A DNA stretch of 64,000 nucleotides from Patescibacteria group bacterium (GTDB taxonomy: Bacteria > Patescibacteriota > UBA1384 > CAJBMM01). Below are positions 18,127 to 27,945 of this stretch, in pieces (position 1 is the stretch's first letter; each line of letters opens with the position of its first letter). A program made the translations under genes and the position numbers. Location: assembly GCA_041660565.1 (NCBI GenBank), contig JBAZWC010000002.1, forward strand, positions 20,315 through 84,314. The letters run 5' to 3'. The notes beneath the pieces are model-generated. The model was not told the DNA's origin. It ran no database searches and worked only from the letters and a program-made list of their open reading frames with translations.

Positions 18127-18192
18127 TCGGACACCAAGTGTCCTCGAACAAGAAATGTTACTTTCTCGTTCGAGCGTAAGCGAGAACTACCG
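18127..18192 (+). promoter_or_regulatory. uvrB 5' region with nested palindromes: GGACAC-caa-GTGTCC and CTCGAACaAGAAA-tgtta-cTTTCTcGTTCGAG
   Basis: 13-bp arms with 2 mismatches. The arm ends CGAAC/GTTCG echo Gram-positive LexA half-sites. A CGAACAAG octamer also lies upstream of dinB at about 36868-36890. Confidence 0.35.
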
Positions 18193-18211
18193 CACAAGGA
18201 TAAAAGGAAAT

Positions 18212-20167
18212 ATGACCAAGTTTGAATTACATGCCCCATATTCGCCATCGGGCGACCAACCAAAAGCGATTAATAATCTAACCGCCAACTTAAGTGCGGG
18301 CAAAAAACATCAAACCTTACTAGGCGTTACCGGATCGGGTAAAACTTACACCATTGCCAACATCATCAATAACGTCCAAAAACCCACGCTGGTAATCGCC
18401 CACAACAAAACGCTGGCGGCGCAATTAGCCAGTGAATTTCGCACCTTTTTCCCAAACAACGCGGTGCATTATTTTGTCTCGTTTTACGATTACTATCAGC
18501 CCGAAGCCTACATCCCCACGTCCGACACTTACATTGAAAAAGATTCGACGATAAACGACGAGATCGATCGCTTGCGCAACGCCGCCACTCAAGCACTAAT
18601 GACGCGTAAAGACGTTATTATTGTGGCGTCGGTGTCGTGTATTTACGGTTTGGGATCACCTGACATTTACAAAACCGCGGCGATTCCACTGAGCGTTGGT
18701 GAGCAGATTGGGCAGCAAAACCTGATCCGTCGGCTGAACGATATTTTATACGAACGCAACGATTATGATTTGAAACGGGGCACTTTTCGGGTAAAAGGTG
18801 ATGTGGTGGAACTATTTCCCGCGTATGACGATAAAACCATCCGTATTACTTTTGACAACAATCAAATTGAATCAATTTACACCGTAAATCAGATTGATGG
18901 CAATAAGTTAGAACAATTCAGTCAGATTGATATCTTTCCGGCGCGTCATTTCTTAACCGAATCTCGCGATCTCACCCCAACTTTAAAACAGATAGAATCA
19001 GATATGGAACGTGAAGTAAAACTATTCGAGAAGGAAGGACGATTAATAGAGGCGCAGCGTCTACGAGAACGCACCACTTTTGATTTAGAACTAATTCGCG
19101 AAACCGGCATCTGCAACGGCATCGAAAACTATTCACGCTATTTTGATATGCGCCCGGCCGGCTCCCCTCCATCGGTGTTGCTGGATTATTTCCCGTCGGA
19201 TTATCTGTTAGTCATAGACGAATCGCATATGACCGTGCCGCAAATCCGCGGGATGTACAATGGAGACAAAGCGCGAAAAGACACTTTGATTCATTATGGA
19301 TTTAGACTAAAAGCCGCACGAGATAATCGACCATTAAAGTTCGATGAGTTCTCAGACCGCATTAATCAGGTTATCTACACCTCCGCCACCCCAAACGATT
19401 ACGAAAAAGAGTTGTCGGGATCAGATGGAATTGTGGAACAGATTATTCGCCCTACCGGCTTGGTTGACCCGGTAATCGAAGTCAAGCCAACCACCAACCA
19501 GGTTGACGATTTAATGCATCAAATTAATTTACGCGTCAAAAACGGGCAACGGGTTTTGGTAACCACTTTGACAAAACGACTAGCCGAGGATTTAACCGAA
19601 TATCTGTCTGAAACCGGCATCAAAGTGCAATACCTGCATTCAGATGTGGCCACGTTGGATCGAACTGAAATTTTAGCAAATCTGCGTAACGGCAAGTTTG
19701 ACGTTTTGATCGGTATTAACTTGCTTCGGGAAGGGTTAGATTTACCGGAGGTAGGGTTGGTGGCAATTCTGGACGCAGACCGAGAAGGTTTCTTACGTAA
19801 CGCTACCAGTTTTATTCAAACCATCGGACGAGCGGCGCGAAATGTGAATGGCCTGGTGATTATGTATGCCGACACCGTGACAAAATCGATGAAAACCGCC
19901 ATTGACGAGACTAATCGTCGGCGTCAAATTCAGATGGATTACAACCTAAAACACCATATTACGCCGCAATCAATCGCCAAATCACTTCATTCGGCTCTAG
20001 TTTTTGAAGAAAAAATTGAGGTAGATGAGATTCCGGAAAATCTACCAAAAGAAGAACGTGCTCGATTAATTAAATCTTACTTACAAAAGATGGAAAAAGC
20101 GGCCGGAAATTTGGAGTTCGAAAAAGCCGCTGATCTCCGCGATAAAATCGCACAACTACGAGGTTAA
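18212..20167 (+). CDS. uvrB: excinuclease ABC subunit B
   Basis: GVTGSGKT Walker A, helicase motifs, and a C-terminal UvrB/UvrC interaction helix (EFEKAADLRDKIAQL). RBS AAAGGAAAT before the ATG at 18212. Confidence 0.95.
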   Translation: MTKFELHAPYSPSGDQPKAINNLTANLSAGKKHQTLLGVTGSGKTYTIANIINNVQKPTLVIAHNKTLAAQLASEFRTFFPNNAVHYFVSFYDYYQPEAYIPTSDTYIEKDSTINDEIDRLRNAATQALMTRKDVIIVASVSCIYGLGSPDIYKTAAIPLSVGEQIGQQNLIRRLNDILYERNDYDLKRGTFRVKGDVVELFPAYDDKTIRITFDNNQIESIYTVNQIDGNKLEQFSQIDIFPARHFLTESRDLTPTLKQIESDMEREVKLFEKEGRLIEAQRLRERTTFDLELIRETGICNGIENYSRYFDMRPAGSPPSVLLDYFPSDYLLVIDESHMTVPQIRGMYNGDKARKDTLIHYGFRLKAARDNRPLKFDEFSDRINQVIYTSATPNDYEKELSGSDGIVEQIIRPTGLVDPVIEVKPTTNQVDDLMHQINLRVKNGQRVLVTTLTKRLAEDLTEYLSETGIKVQYLHSDVATLDRTEILANLRNGKFDVLIGINLLREGLDLPEVGLVAILDADREGFLRNATSFIQTIGRAARNVNGLVIMYADTVTKSMKTAIDETNRRRQIQMDYNLKHHITPQSIAKSLHSALVFEEKIEVDEIPENLPKEERARLIKSYLQKMEKAAGNLEFEKAADLRDKIAQLRG

Positions 20168-20177
20168 TATTTTCACG

Positions 20178-20339
20178 CGTCATTTCGACTCGGGGAGAGT
20201 GTCGACTCGACCACGGTGGAGAAATCTGAGAAAGAATCCGTTCCATCATTAAAAATTTCAAATTTCAAATTTCAAATTCTCGCTTAAAATTCCTCCACCC
20301 TCGAGACAATCCGCCAGCTGACGGACGTCGGGGATGACA
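20178..20339. mobile_element. MITE-like element, family A copy 5 (with an internal TTTCAAA heptamer tract)
   Basis: CGTCATTTCGACTCGG...GTCGGGGATGACA. Confidence 0.65.
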
Positions 20340-20386
20340 TAGAGTGTTGAATTGCCCCAAACTATATTTAATGTTAATCTACATTT

Positions 20387-20833
20387 ATGAATAAATTGAC
20401 CATAAACATCGCCAAAATTAACCCAAATGCCATCATACCGGAATACAAAACCGACGGTGCGGCTTGTTTTGACATTTCAATTTGCGAAGATGTCGCCGTT
20501 GAACCAAACCAAACCGTTCTACTCCCCACCGGCTTAGTAATTGAAACACCACCAGATTATGCTCTGTTTATTGCCCCTAGATCTAGCATGGCCAAAACCG
20601 GCCTTATTATGCCCCACTCTTTTGGAATTTTAGACCCGGATTACTGCGGCCCAGAGGACGAGATGAAAATTTTAGTCAAAAATATCACCGATCAAACCAT
20701 TTCTGTTACAAAAGGGCAAAGATTGGCACAAGGGTATTTTCTACCTATTCCCAAAACTGAGTGGAATATTATTGATAAATCTAAGCTAAAGCAATCTAGT
20801 CGAGGTGGGTTCGGCTCTACCGGATCTAAATAA
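20387..20833 (+). CDS. dut: dUTP diphosphatase
   Basis: Motifs RSSMAKTGL, GILDPDYCGP and SRGGFGSTG are the dUTPase signatures. Confidence 0.85.
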   Translation: MNKLTINIAKINPNAIIPEYKTDGAACFDISICEDVAVEPNQTVLLPTGLVIETPPDYALFIAPRSSMAKTGLIMPHSFGILDPDYCGPEDEMKILVKNITDQTISVTKGQRLAQGYFLPIPKTEWNIIDKSKLKQSSRGGFGSTGSK

Positions 20834-20851
20834 ATCACCTCTCGCTCATAT

Positions 20852-21095
20852 TGTTTCGACTCGGAAAGCGCAACAACAGTGGTGGAATTTGTATAAACAA
20901 TTTTAAATTTTAAAGGCTAAATTTTAAATGAATAAGTACCGAATGATTAAATTTTAAATGGTTCTTTATTTAGTCATTTAAAAATTGGCTACCTTTCATT
21001 TAAAATTAAAAATTAAAAATTTATTATTCTCGTTATATAGATTTCTCCAACATGGGCGGACATATGAGTCCGCCCCTACATGGTCGAGATGACAA
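20852..21095. mobile_element. MITE-like element, family A copy 6 with a nested family B element (about 20899-21035) and a family C fragment (GGGCGGACATATGAGTCCGCCCCTAC) at its right end
   Basis: Second occurrence of the ~140-bp AT-rich family B block. A mosaic of three repeat families. Confidence 0.65.
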
Positions 21096-21107
21096 CTGCA
21101 CGATGCG

Positions 21108-21677
21108 TTATATAGTCTGAGTGCTGGTTCTGCGGTGACTAACAATCGATTTAACCAATACCGGGGCGTAAATTGCCACTGCAAAATACACCGGTACGAT
21201 AATTAAGTTACCAAGCAACATATTACGATAAAACGGAATACCCATCACATAGCACTGCATTAATCCGCTCCAAGTTTTGGGGTAAAAAATGCCATCACCC
21301 ATCAACCATACCCCAAAGTTGGTATAAAAGAAGAAGAAAAATGACGATAACACAGCCGCAATAGCCGAAACGCCAACGGTTTTGATATTTTTTTCATACT
21401 TTTTCATACTTACACTAAGTAAGCCAATCAACCCAAAAGCGCTCCAAGTAAAAATAAAGATATTGGTATTGCCTATTAGTTTGTCGGTGATAACCATTAC
21501 TGCCAGCGGCACAACAATGCGATAGTATTTGGGCAAAAATGCGGCGGCTAGTAACGTACCGGCGGTAATGAACTCCAGATTTGGCATATACATATATTGA
21601 TGGTTTATCAATCGCCAGATTATTGCGATACCAATCAGTAGCGATGCGATACAGATGTGTTTTAGATGCTCTTTCAA
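21108..21677 (-). CDS. polytopic membrane protein (putative vitamin/B12-type ECF substrate-capture component; 5-6 TM)
   Basis: 189 aa hydrophobic protein. TTG start preceded by TAAGGAGGAAAG. It is co-oriented with the DUF4430, cobO and nrdJ genes. Confidence 0.4.
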   Translation of the reverse strand: MKEHLKHICIASLLIGIAIIWRLINHQYMYMPNLEFITAGTLLAAAFLPKYYRIVVPLAVMVITDKLIGNTNIFIFTWSAFGLIGLLSVSMKKYEKNIKTVGVSAIAAVLSSFFFFFYTNFGVWLMGDGIFYPKTWSGLMQCYVMGIPFYRNMLLGNLIIVPVYFAVAIYAPVLVKSIVSHRRTSTQTI

Positions 21678-21693
21678 CTTTCCTCCTTAGTTA

Positions 21694-22065
21694 TTAGAAT
21701 GTGGCGATTTTCCATAAAATAGTGTCAGTGGATTTGGTGGTGTAACTGCCGGCACCAACGCTAGCTGCTGCGCCATTCACTAAGAACGACCAGTATTCTT
21801 TCTTGCTGTCAGAAGCAGCGCGACCATTAATTGAGGTCACGAAAGCATTTACGCCTTCACCGCTTGTTACCACCGTTGCTTTAGATTTTAGCAGATCTAA
21901 CGCGGTTTGGCCATCTTGCCCGGAGTAGCTAAATTGGTCCGATGTAGTAGGCGATGGGGAAGCAGAAGTGGATGGAGTTGAGTTAGATACATATTGATTA
22001 TACGCAAACCCACCCGCGACTATTATCACCAATACCACTACTATAGCCCAAATATTCCTTTTCAT
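21694..22065 (-). CDS. DUF4430-like secreted/anchored protein (corrinoid-binding BtuG-type family suspected)
   Basis: Signal-anchor MKRNIWAIVVVLVIIVAGG and the motifs GQTALDLL, EYWSFLVNG and DTILWK. RBS AGAGAAAGGAAAAAT before the ATG at 22065. Confidence 0.45.
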   Translation of the reverse strand: MKRNIWAIVVVLVIIVAGGFAYNQYVSNSTPSTSASPSPTTSDQFSYSGQDGQTALDLLKSKATVVTSGEGVNAFVTSINGRAASDSKKEYWSFLVNGAAASVGAGSYTTKSTDTILWKIATF

Positions 22066-22108
22066 ATTTTTCCTTTCTCTGAACAGTGCCAGAATTTGTT
22101 TAATATAT

Positions 22109-22648
22109 TTAAAAATCAATAGTCTTCTTAGCCAAGTATCCTTCGTCGTACGGATGCTTTATTTTGGTCATTTCCGTCACTAAATCCGCTTTTTTAATCA
22201 GGTTGGGTAATTTGTCGGCATGCCGACCGGTAAAAACTATGTCAGTATCAACATGCTTGAGTTTAATGATTTCTAGTAAATCTTTTTCGGTGATTAACCC
22301 GCCTACCACGGCCCCAATTGACTCGTCAAGTATGACAACATCATACTTTTTTTGTGCTAAATGTTGCTTAATTACCTGTAAAGCACCTGCTGCTGCAGCT
22401 TTGTGTTCATCTGCCGATATTTTGTCACCCAAAATCTGATAAAAACCTTTTCCGGCTTGGATAAATTCAATGCTAGGTATTTTTTTAAGGGACTCAATTT
22501 CACCGGTGAACCAGCTTTTAACAAATTGCACGATTAATACTTGTTTATCATAGCCTGCGGCGCGAACTGCCAAGCCAATAGCGGCGGTAGTTTTCCCCTT
22601 ACCTTCGCCTGTATAAATTATGACCAGTCCGCGTTTAAGCTGTTTCAT
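22109..22648 (-). CDS. cobO: corrinoid adenosyltransferase (CobO/CobA/BtuR type)
   Basis: IYTGEGKGKTTAAIGLAVRAAG P-loop signature. The ATG at 22648 lies 10 nt after the nrdJ stop; the longer GTG-22729 version would overlap nrdJ by 70 nt. Confidence 0.65.
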   Translation of the reverse strand: MKQLKRGLVIIYTGEGKGKTTAAIGLAVRAAGYDKQVLIVQFVKSWFTGEIESLKKIPSIEFIQAGKGFYQILGDKISADEHKAAAAGALQVIKQHLAQKKYDVVILDESIGAVVGGLITEKDLLEIIKLKHVDTDIVFTGRHADKLPNLIKKADLVTEMTKIKHPYDEGYLAKKTIDF

Positions 22649-22658
22649 ATTCGTACCA

Positions 22659-25298
22659 TTAACATTTAGAGAAACCACAATTTTCACATTTTTGGCATCC
22701 TTCAATGAATCGAAATGTCGCCATGCCACAATCCGGGCAGATATCGGCGTTTCCTTTTCTCTCTGGCTGGTCCATTTGCACCGTTTCGGTTTTTTCGGGC
22801 ATTACTTCGATACCTTGCTTGTCAGATTCATGCTCTTTTAGCACCTTTGACACAGCATCGGCTAATGAACGAATGCGCATCGCCCCAAAACCGGTTGACC
22901 CTGCGCCACCAATACCGGTTAGCTGTTCAACCACATTTTGAGCAATACGCTCAGAAGTGTAGTGGGTAGGGATACGGAAGGTAAGGGAAATTAATCGTCC
23001 AATTGCTTCTGCGTCGGCAGTGATATCTGAACCGGCATGCCCCACGTTAATAAATACCTCAAAAATATTTTGATTCTCGTCTTCGTTAATAGAAATAAAC
23101 GCTTTACCCACCGGCGTATTTACTTTATAGGTGCGACCGGTTAAAACGTGAGGACGCGGGCGTAGGGTAATCGGTTGGCTATCGGCTAAATCGATAACCG
23201 AGGCACTGGTCTTGCCCGCCATTTTATCGTAATAAGAATTCTCTTTTTTAGTCTCTAAAATCTGCTTTTCTCGGCTACCATCGCGATAAATTGTGATACC
23301 TTTGCAATTTGTCTCGTAAGCCATCCAATACGCCGTGCGAACATCTGCTACCGTAGCGCTGTTTGAAAAGTTAATAGTCTTGGAGATGGCATTGTCAGTA
23401 TATTTTTGCAACGCGGCCTGCATCTTTAGATGCCACTCTGGCGCAATATCCCCAGCCACCACAAACACCTTCTTTAATTCTGCCGGAATTTGCTCCAGCG
23501 CTTGAATTGAGCCGTTATTACTCTGAATTTTCTCTAAAATGTCATCGTTGTGTAATCCATGGTCCTTAAGTGCCTGCAAAAAGTGCGGACTGGTCTGAAA
23601 AATTCGTTTTCCTTCGATGGTATTTTTGGCGTACGCAAGGGCGAACAACGGTTCGCAACCAGACGAACAATCCGCCAACATAGAAATTGTACCGGTAGGG
23701 GCAATGGTGGTTCTGGCGCCGTTACGCGGTTTGATTTCGCCTTTTTTATTGTAAATTGAATCCGGATACAATGGGAACGGCCCGCGCTCTTTTGCTAACA
23801 GTACCGAAGCGTTATCGGCCTCTTTTTGCATAAATTTCATTAGCTTTTCGCCAACTTTTAACCCCTCATCGGTATTATATCCAACACCTAACAGCAACAA
23901 CGCATCGGCAAAACCCATTATTCCAAGCCCAATACGGCGAATGCTGCGAGTCATTTTTCGCACTTCATCTATTGGATATTCATTCATATCTAACACATCG
24001 TCCAAAAATCGGGTGGCGGTATGGATTGCCTCTCTCATTCCGTCCCAATCAAAATCTTTTCCATTCACATATTTTGCCACGTTAATACTACCCAACGTAC
24101 AAGCGTCATAAGGTAACAGAGGTTGTTCTCCGCACGGATTTGTAGCTTCAATTTGGCCGAGTTTCGGTGTTGGATTTGCACGAGATTCGTTAATACGATC
24201 CAAAAAGATCATGCCCGGATCGCCGTAGTTCCACGCTAATCGGGTAATTAAATCGAACACTTTTTTGGCATTAAGATGACCGGCGATGGTTTTGTCATGC
24301 GGATTAACTAAATCATAACCATAACCGGGTCGGCTTTCGTTGCACCACTCTCTCAGTCGCTCAACCACTTTGTCCAACAATACCGTTTTAAGATCAATAT
24401 CTCGGGTTTGGTGCGCGGTTCTGGCTTCTTCAATAATCTGATCATAATCGATATCTTTTTCGTATGTTGCCGGCAAACCCTCGGCATCAATTTTAACTTG
24501 ATTAAAGAACTGTTCGGTTACCGTAACCGAGATATTAAAGTTGGTCAGCGAAAACTCATCCACTTTATAAATGGAGAACAGTAAGATATCTGGGTGATTG
24601 TAATTCAAAATACCCATATTGGCGCCACGGCGCACCCCACCTTGACGAACCGACGAAGCGATATCGTTATACATCTGCATAAACGAGATGGGGCCGGTGG
24701 AATGACCCTTGGATGATTTTATCACCGTGCCTTTTGGACGCAGGCGTGAAAACGAAAAACCGGTGCCACCGCCAGATTTGTGAATTTTGGCCATGTCGGT
24801 AGCGGTTTTCAAAATACTGGTTAAATTATCTTCTATTGGCAACACGAAACAGGCTGAAAGTTGCTGTTCCGGTTTGCCCGCATTTAACATCGTTGGAGTG
24901 TTCGGCATAAACTGCTGACATGCCATCATTGTATAATATTTTCTAGCGGTATCTAAATGCGATTTTTCCGGATTTTCTCCAAATTGGCGCTCGGCAGTGG
25001 CTACATTATAAGCAACCCGCCAAAACATATCCCGAGCGGACTCTTGTGGATTTCCCTGCTCGTCACGAACCGCATAACGAGTCTTACCAATATACCACGC
25101 GTTATCACTTAAACTAGGCTCAGGTAGGTCAGCTGGAGCTTTGGGGATGTCTTTACCAATTTGGTACAACTGCTCAACCGATGACGGCGCAGTAACGATG
25201 TCGTCCTTAAACAGTTCGGTGGGTTGTTCTTGATTTGTGGGCATATCGCGCCTCCTTTGTTTTACTGTTTTGTTGCCATTTCGAGGTATTCGCATCAT
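22659..25298 (-). CDS. nrdJ: adenosylcobalamin-dependent ribonucleotide reductase (class II, NrdJ) with a C-terminal CxxC zinc ribbon
   Basis: 879 aa. Active-site NPCGEQPL and the motif HKSGGGTGFSFSRLRPKG. C-terminal CPDCG...CQKCENCG. Confidence 0.85.
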   Translation of the reverse strand: MMRIPRNGNKTVKQRRRDMPTNQEQPTELFKDDIVTAPSSVEQLYQIGKDIPKAPADLPEPSLSDNAWYIGKTRYAVRDEQGNPQESARDMFWRVAYNVATAERQFGENPEKSHLDTARKYYTMMACQQFMPNTPTMLNAGKPEQQLSACFVLPIEDNLTSILKTATDMAKIHKSGGGTGFSFSRLRPKGTVIKSSKGHSTGPISFMQMYNDIASSVRQGGVRRGANMGILNYNHPDILLFSIYKVDEFSLTNFNISVTVTEQFFNQVKIDAEGLPATYEKDIDYDQIIEEARTAHQTRDIDLKTVLLDKVVERLREWCNESRPGYGYDLVNPHDKTIAGHLNAKKVFDLITRLAWNYGDPGMIFLDRINESRANPTPKLGQIEATNPCGEQPLLPYDACTLGSINVAKYVNGKDFDWDGMREAIHTATRFLDDVLDMNEYPIDEVRKMTRSIRRIGLGIMGFADALLLLGVGYNTDEGLKVGEKLMKFMQKEADNASVLLAKERGPFPLYPDSIYNKKGEIKPRNGARTTIAPTGTISMLADCSSGCEPLFALAYAKNTIEGKRIFQTSPHFLQALKDHGLHNDDILEKIQSNNGSIQALEQIPAELKKVFVVAGDIAPEWHLKMQAALQKYTDNAISKTINFSNSATVADVRTAYWMAYETNCKGITIYRDGSREKQILETKKENSYYDKMAGKTSASVIDLADSQPITLRPRPHVLTGRTYKVNTPVGKAFISINEDENQNIFEVFINVGHAGSDITADAEAIGRLISLTFRIPTHYTSERIAQNVVEQLTGIGGAGSTGFGAMRIRSLADAVSKVLKEHESDKQGIEVMPEKTETVQMDQPERKGNADICPDCGMATFRFIEGCQKCENCGFSKC

Positions 25299-25300
25299 TT

Positions 25301-25426
25301 TGTCATTTCGACCCTATGAGAGTGTCAACTCGAATATGTTGGAGAAATCTGAGAAAGAATCCGTTTTCCAATTCTCTTTTGAGATTTCTCCACCCTCGAG
25401 ACAATGCTCGAGGAGTCGAAATGACA
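25301..25426. mobile_element. MITE-like element, family A copy 7
   Basis: TGTCATTTCGACCCTATG...GAGTCGAAATGACA. Near-identical inner repeats to copy 1. Confidence 0.7.
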
Positions 25427-25949
25427 TTGGAGATTAGCGTAAAAAGAAACCGTCTCGCATGGCTCGTCAACTTCGATTTTGCAAATGCTTCGCGTTAGGA
25501 AAAAAAGAGACCATTTCGCTCCGCTCAATCGGTCTCGATTTTCTTAATACTACCGTATTAAGAAAAATAAAAAACCGACCATCGTCCCTCGATTTGCCGG
25601 TTTAATACCGCAAGCCATCAGTGTTGTCAAAAAAATCGCTGTCAAAAGCAATTACTGACATGGTCAGATTGCTGCTAACTTAGCAACACTTTTTATTTGA
25701 GGGGCGTTTCTATCATAGCATAGATAATATTGGCATTGCCAATGGCCAATATTTTAAGCACCAAATCACAAACCCCAATTTTTAAACGAGTAATTATCTG
25801 AAATTTTAAAAATTATTAATTGAGATTTATGATTTTTCATCCCCCTGTGCAAAACTAGAAACAAAAAACGTTGATAAATGCAAATTCAACCATATCCACT
25901 ATATCCCACGGACTTTTTGCGTTATCATATAAATAGGAAAAGGAGGAGA

Positions 25950-26963
25950 ATGAAAGCGCTACAACTAGTTGGTACCCAAAAACTAAAATTTGTTGATATC
26001 CCGATACCAGAAATTAGTGAAGACGAAGTGTTGATTAAAATTAAAAAGGTGGGCATTTGCGGCACCGATCTCCATTTATATAATGGCGGCATGAAAGTAC
26101 CGTTGCCGATTATTATGGGACATGAATTTGTAGGCGACATCGCCAAAGTTGGAGCCAACGTATCTAACATTAAAATCGGCGACAAAGTGGTGGCAGAACA
26201 TGTAATTGGATGTGGTAAATGCCGATACTGCCAATATGGCAAAAAGAACTTGTGCGTTAAACCGACTGTTATTGGGCTGCAGATTCAAGGCGGGTTGGCT
26301 GAATATTTAGCTGTACCGGCAAATCTGGTCTATGTTTTGCCTAGTAATTTGGATTATGACGACGGGGTGTTGGTGGAACCAATCTCAATTGCAGTTTACG
26401 GAATCAGAAAAGCGAACGTTGGCGTTGGTGATAGCGTTGCGATCATCGGACAAGGCCCGATAGGACTATTTTTGGATCAAATTGCCAAAGCAGCCGGTGC
26501 CACCGTTTTCGGTATCGACATAATGCAACCTCGACTGGATTATGCTCTGGATCATCATTTAACCGATTTTGTGATCAACTCTAAAACCGAGAATGTGTTG
26601 GCTAGTTACCACAAGCATACCGGCACCGAAGGTGCTGACATCGTGTTTGAGGTTGTAGGGGTAGAGCCAACTATTGATCTGGCATTTGGATTAGTACGGC
26701 CCCAAGGTAAAATTGTAGTCCTAGGCGTGTTTGAGCACGATGTAAGCGTTAATATGATGGAGATTGTTAAGCACGAAGTAACGGTAATGGGATCGTGGAC
26801 ATGTGTTAATTCATTCGGGCCAACTATTAATTTACTCGAAAGCAAACGCATTAAAATTAATGGACTAATCACCCACCGATATCCGTTTGATCATGCCCAA
26901 GATGCATTTAAAGATTCGCTTAACTACTCCGACAAGCGCATTAAAAGCGTAATCGAGTTCTAA
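25950..26963 (+). CDS. zinc-dependent alcohol dehydrogenase family (threonine/sorbitol dehydrogenase-like MDR)
   Basis: GICGTDLH catalytic-zinc motif and GHEFVG. RBS AAAGGAGGAG before the ATG at 25950. Confidence 0.7.
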   Translation: MKALQLVGTQKLKFVDIPIPEISEDEVLIKIKKVGICGTDLHLYNGGMKVPLPIIMGHEFVGDIAKVGANVSNIKIGDKVVAEHVIGCGKCRYCQYGKKNLCVKPTVIGLQIQGGLAEYLAVPANLVYVLPSNLDYDDGVLVEPISIAVYGIRKANVGVGDSVAIIGQGPIGLFLDQIAKAAGATVFGIDIMQPRLDYALDHHLTDFVINSKTENVLASYHKHTGTEGADIVFEVVGVEPTIDLAFGLVRPQGKIVVLGVFEHDVSVNMMEIVKHEVTVMGSWTCVNSFGPTINLLESKRIKINGLITHRYPFDHAQDAFKDSLNYSDKRIKSVIEF

Positions 26964-26964
26964 T

Positions 26965-27945
26965 TTGGAGGATAATCTGACGGAAGATCGGCAACCCTAT
27001 GAATTATCTCGTCCAGCTGAGACAGACAACCCAGTCGAGCATTTTAATCGTGCAGTTCGGTGGTTCATGAAAGAAGCGGATGAAAAAATTGTCCGAGACT
27101 ATGAGCAAAATGAAAATCCTGACAATAACCTAAGCTATCATGACCACGAACATACGGAAGATGTAGTAAACTTGGCCAATAAAATTATTAAAAACCTCGA
27201 TTTTGAAAACGATTCTGACCGTCATCACACTGCTGGTTTAGCCGTTATTGCGGCCGCAATGCACGACATTCACAAAAGCTGGCACGAGAAGCAAGTAGCC
27301 GATAGCAATGGCAATATTAGAATGGTGCGCGCAGACGGGATAGATCCGAAAAATGGCGAACCCTCAACTGATGAAGACGAGAGCGCTCTTGTGGCCAAAT
27401 CGTTAATGCAAAAATATAACATCGATAACGGCCAAATTTTCAGCCAAGACGAAATAGATACTGTGGTAGAGGCAATTCGATCGTCGAAAACTACGATGGA
27501 TAGCGATTATGTGATTCATCACCCGCAAATTACCGCCGAAAGCCCGCTAATCGCTCGGGTTTTGGCCTTAGCGGATATTGGACGGGCCGGATATCATCCG
27601 GGTTCATTTTTGGGTGACGGTGACAAGTTATTTGTTGAACAAAATCTTGACGTCTCTAGACGTTTACGAGAGGTTAAAGATACGCCACTAGCCGAGGCAG
27701 AACAGCGTATGTTTGCCTGGCGTATTTTGGATTGGAGCTTCACTCAAATAAAAATCGCTCAAGGGCTTAAGGATCACTTAATTGACGAGGTTTGTGATGG
27801 CCTAACCGACCAACAGAAAACGGACATTTCGTCGGTACTCAGCCACTTTGATCAAAGTATTGAATCGGCGCGAATCCAATACAACCAGCGATTTGTTATT
27901 TACCAAAACGGCGACTATGCCGAGTTAATTGATAGCGTCTACTAG
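26965..27945 (+). CDS. HD-domain phosphohydrolase-like protein (start uncertain; TTG in the ORF track)
   Basis: H..H...HD...H..D pattern (HDHEHTEDV...AAMHDIHK). Confidence 0.5.
   Translation: MEDNLTEDRQPYELSRPAETDNPVEHFNRAVRWFMKEADEKIVRDYEQNENPDNNLSYHDHEHTEDVVNLANKIIKNLDFENDSDRHHTAGLAVIAAAMHDIHKSWHEKQVADSNGNIRMVRADGIDPKNGEPSTDEDESALVAKSLMQKYNIDNGQIFSQDEIDTVVEAIRSSKTTMDSDYVIHHPQITAESPLIARVLALADIGRAGYHPGSFLGDGDKLFVEQNLDVSRRLREVKDTPLAEAEQRMFAWRILDWSFTQIKIAQGLKDHLIDEVCDGLTDQQKTDISSVLSHFDQSIESARIQYNQRFVIYQNGDYAELIDSVY

Noticed and set aside
25299-25880. Cobalamin riboswitch upstream of nrdJ
   Set aside because: By-eye scan for the B12-box (GCCACTG) and the conserved GGTGxxAAxTCC core on the minus strand found nothing convincing. 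The region is largely a family A MITE. It needs an Rfam scan, so it is not reported as a feature.
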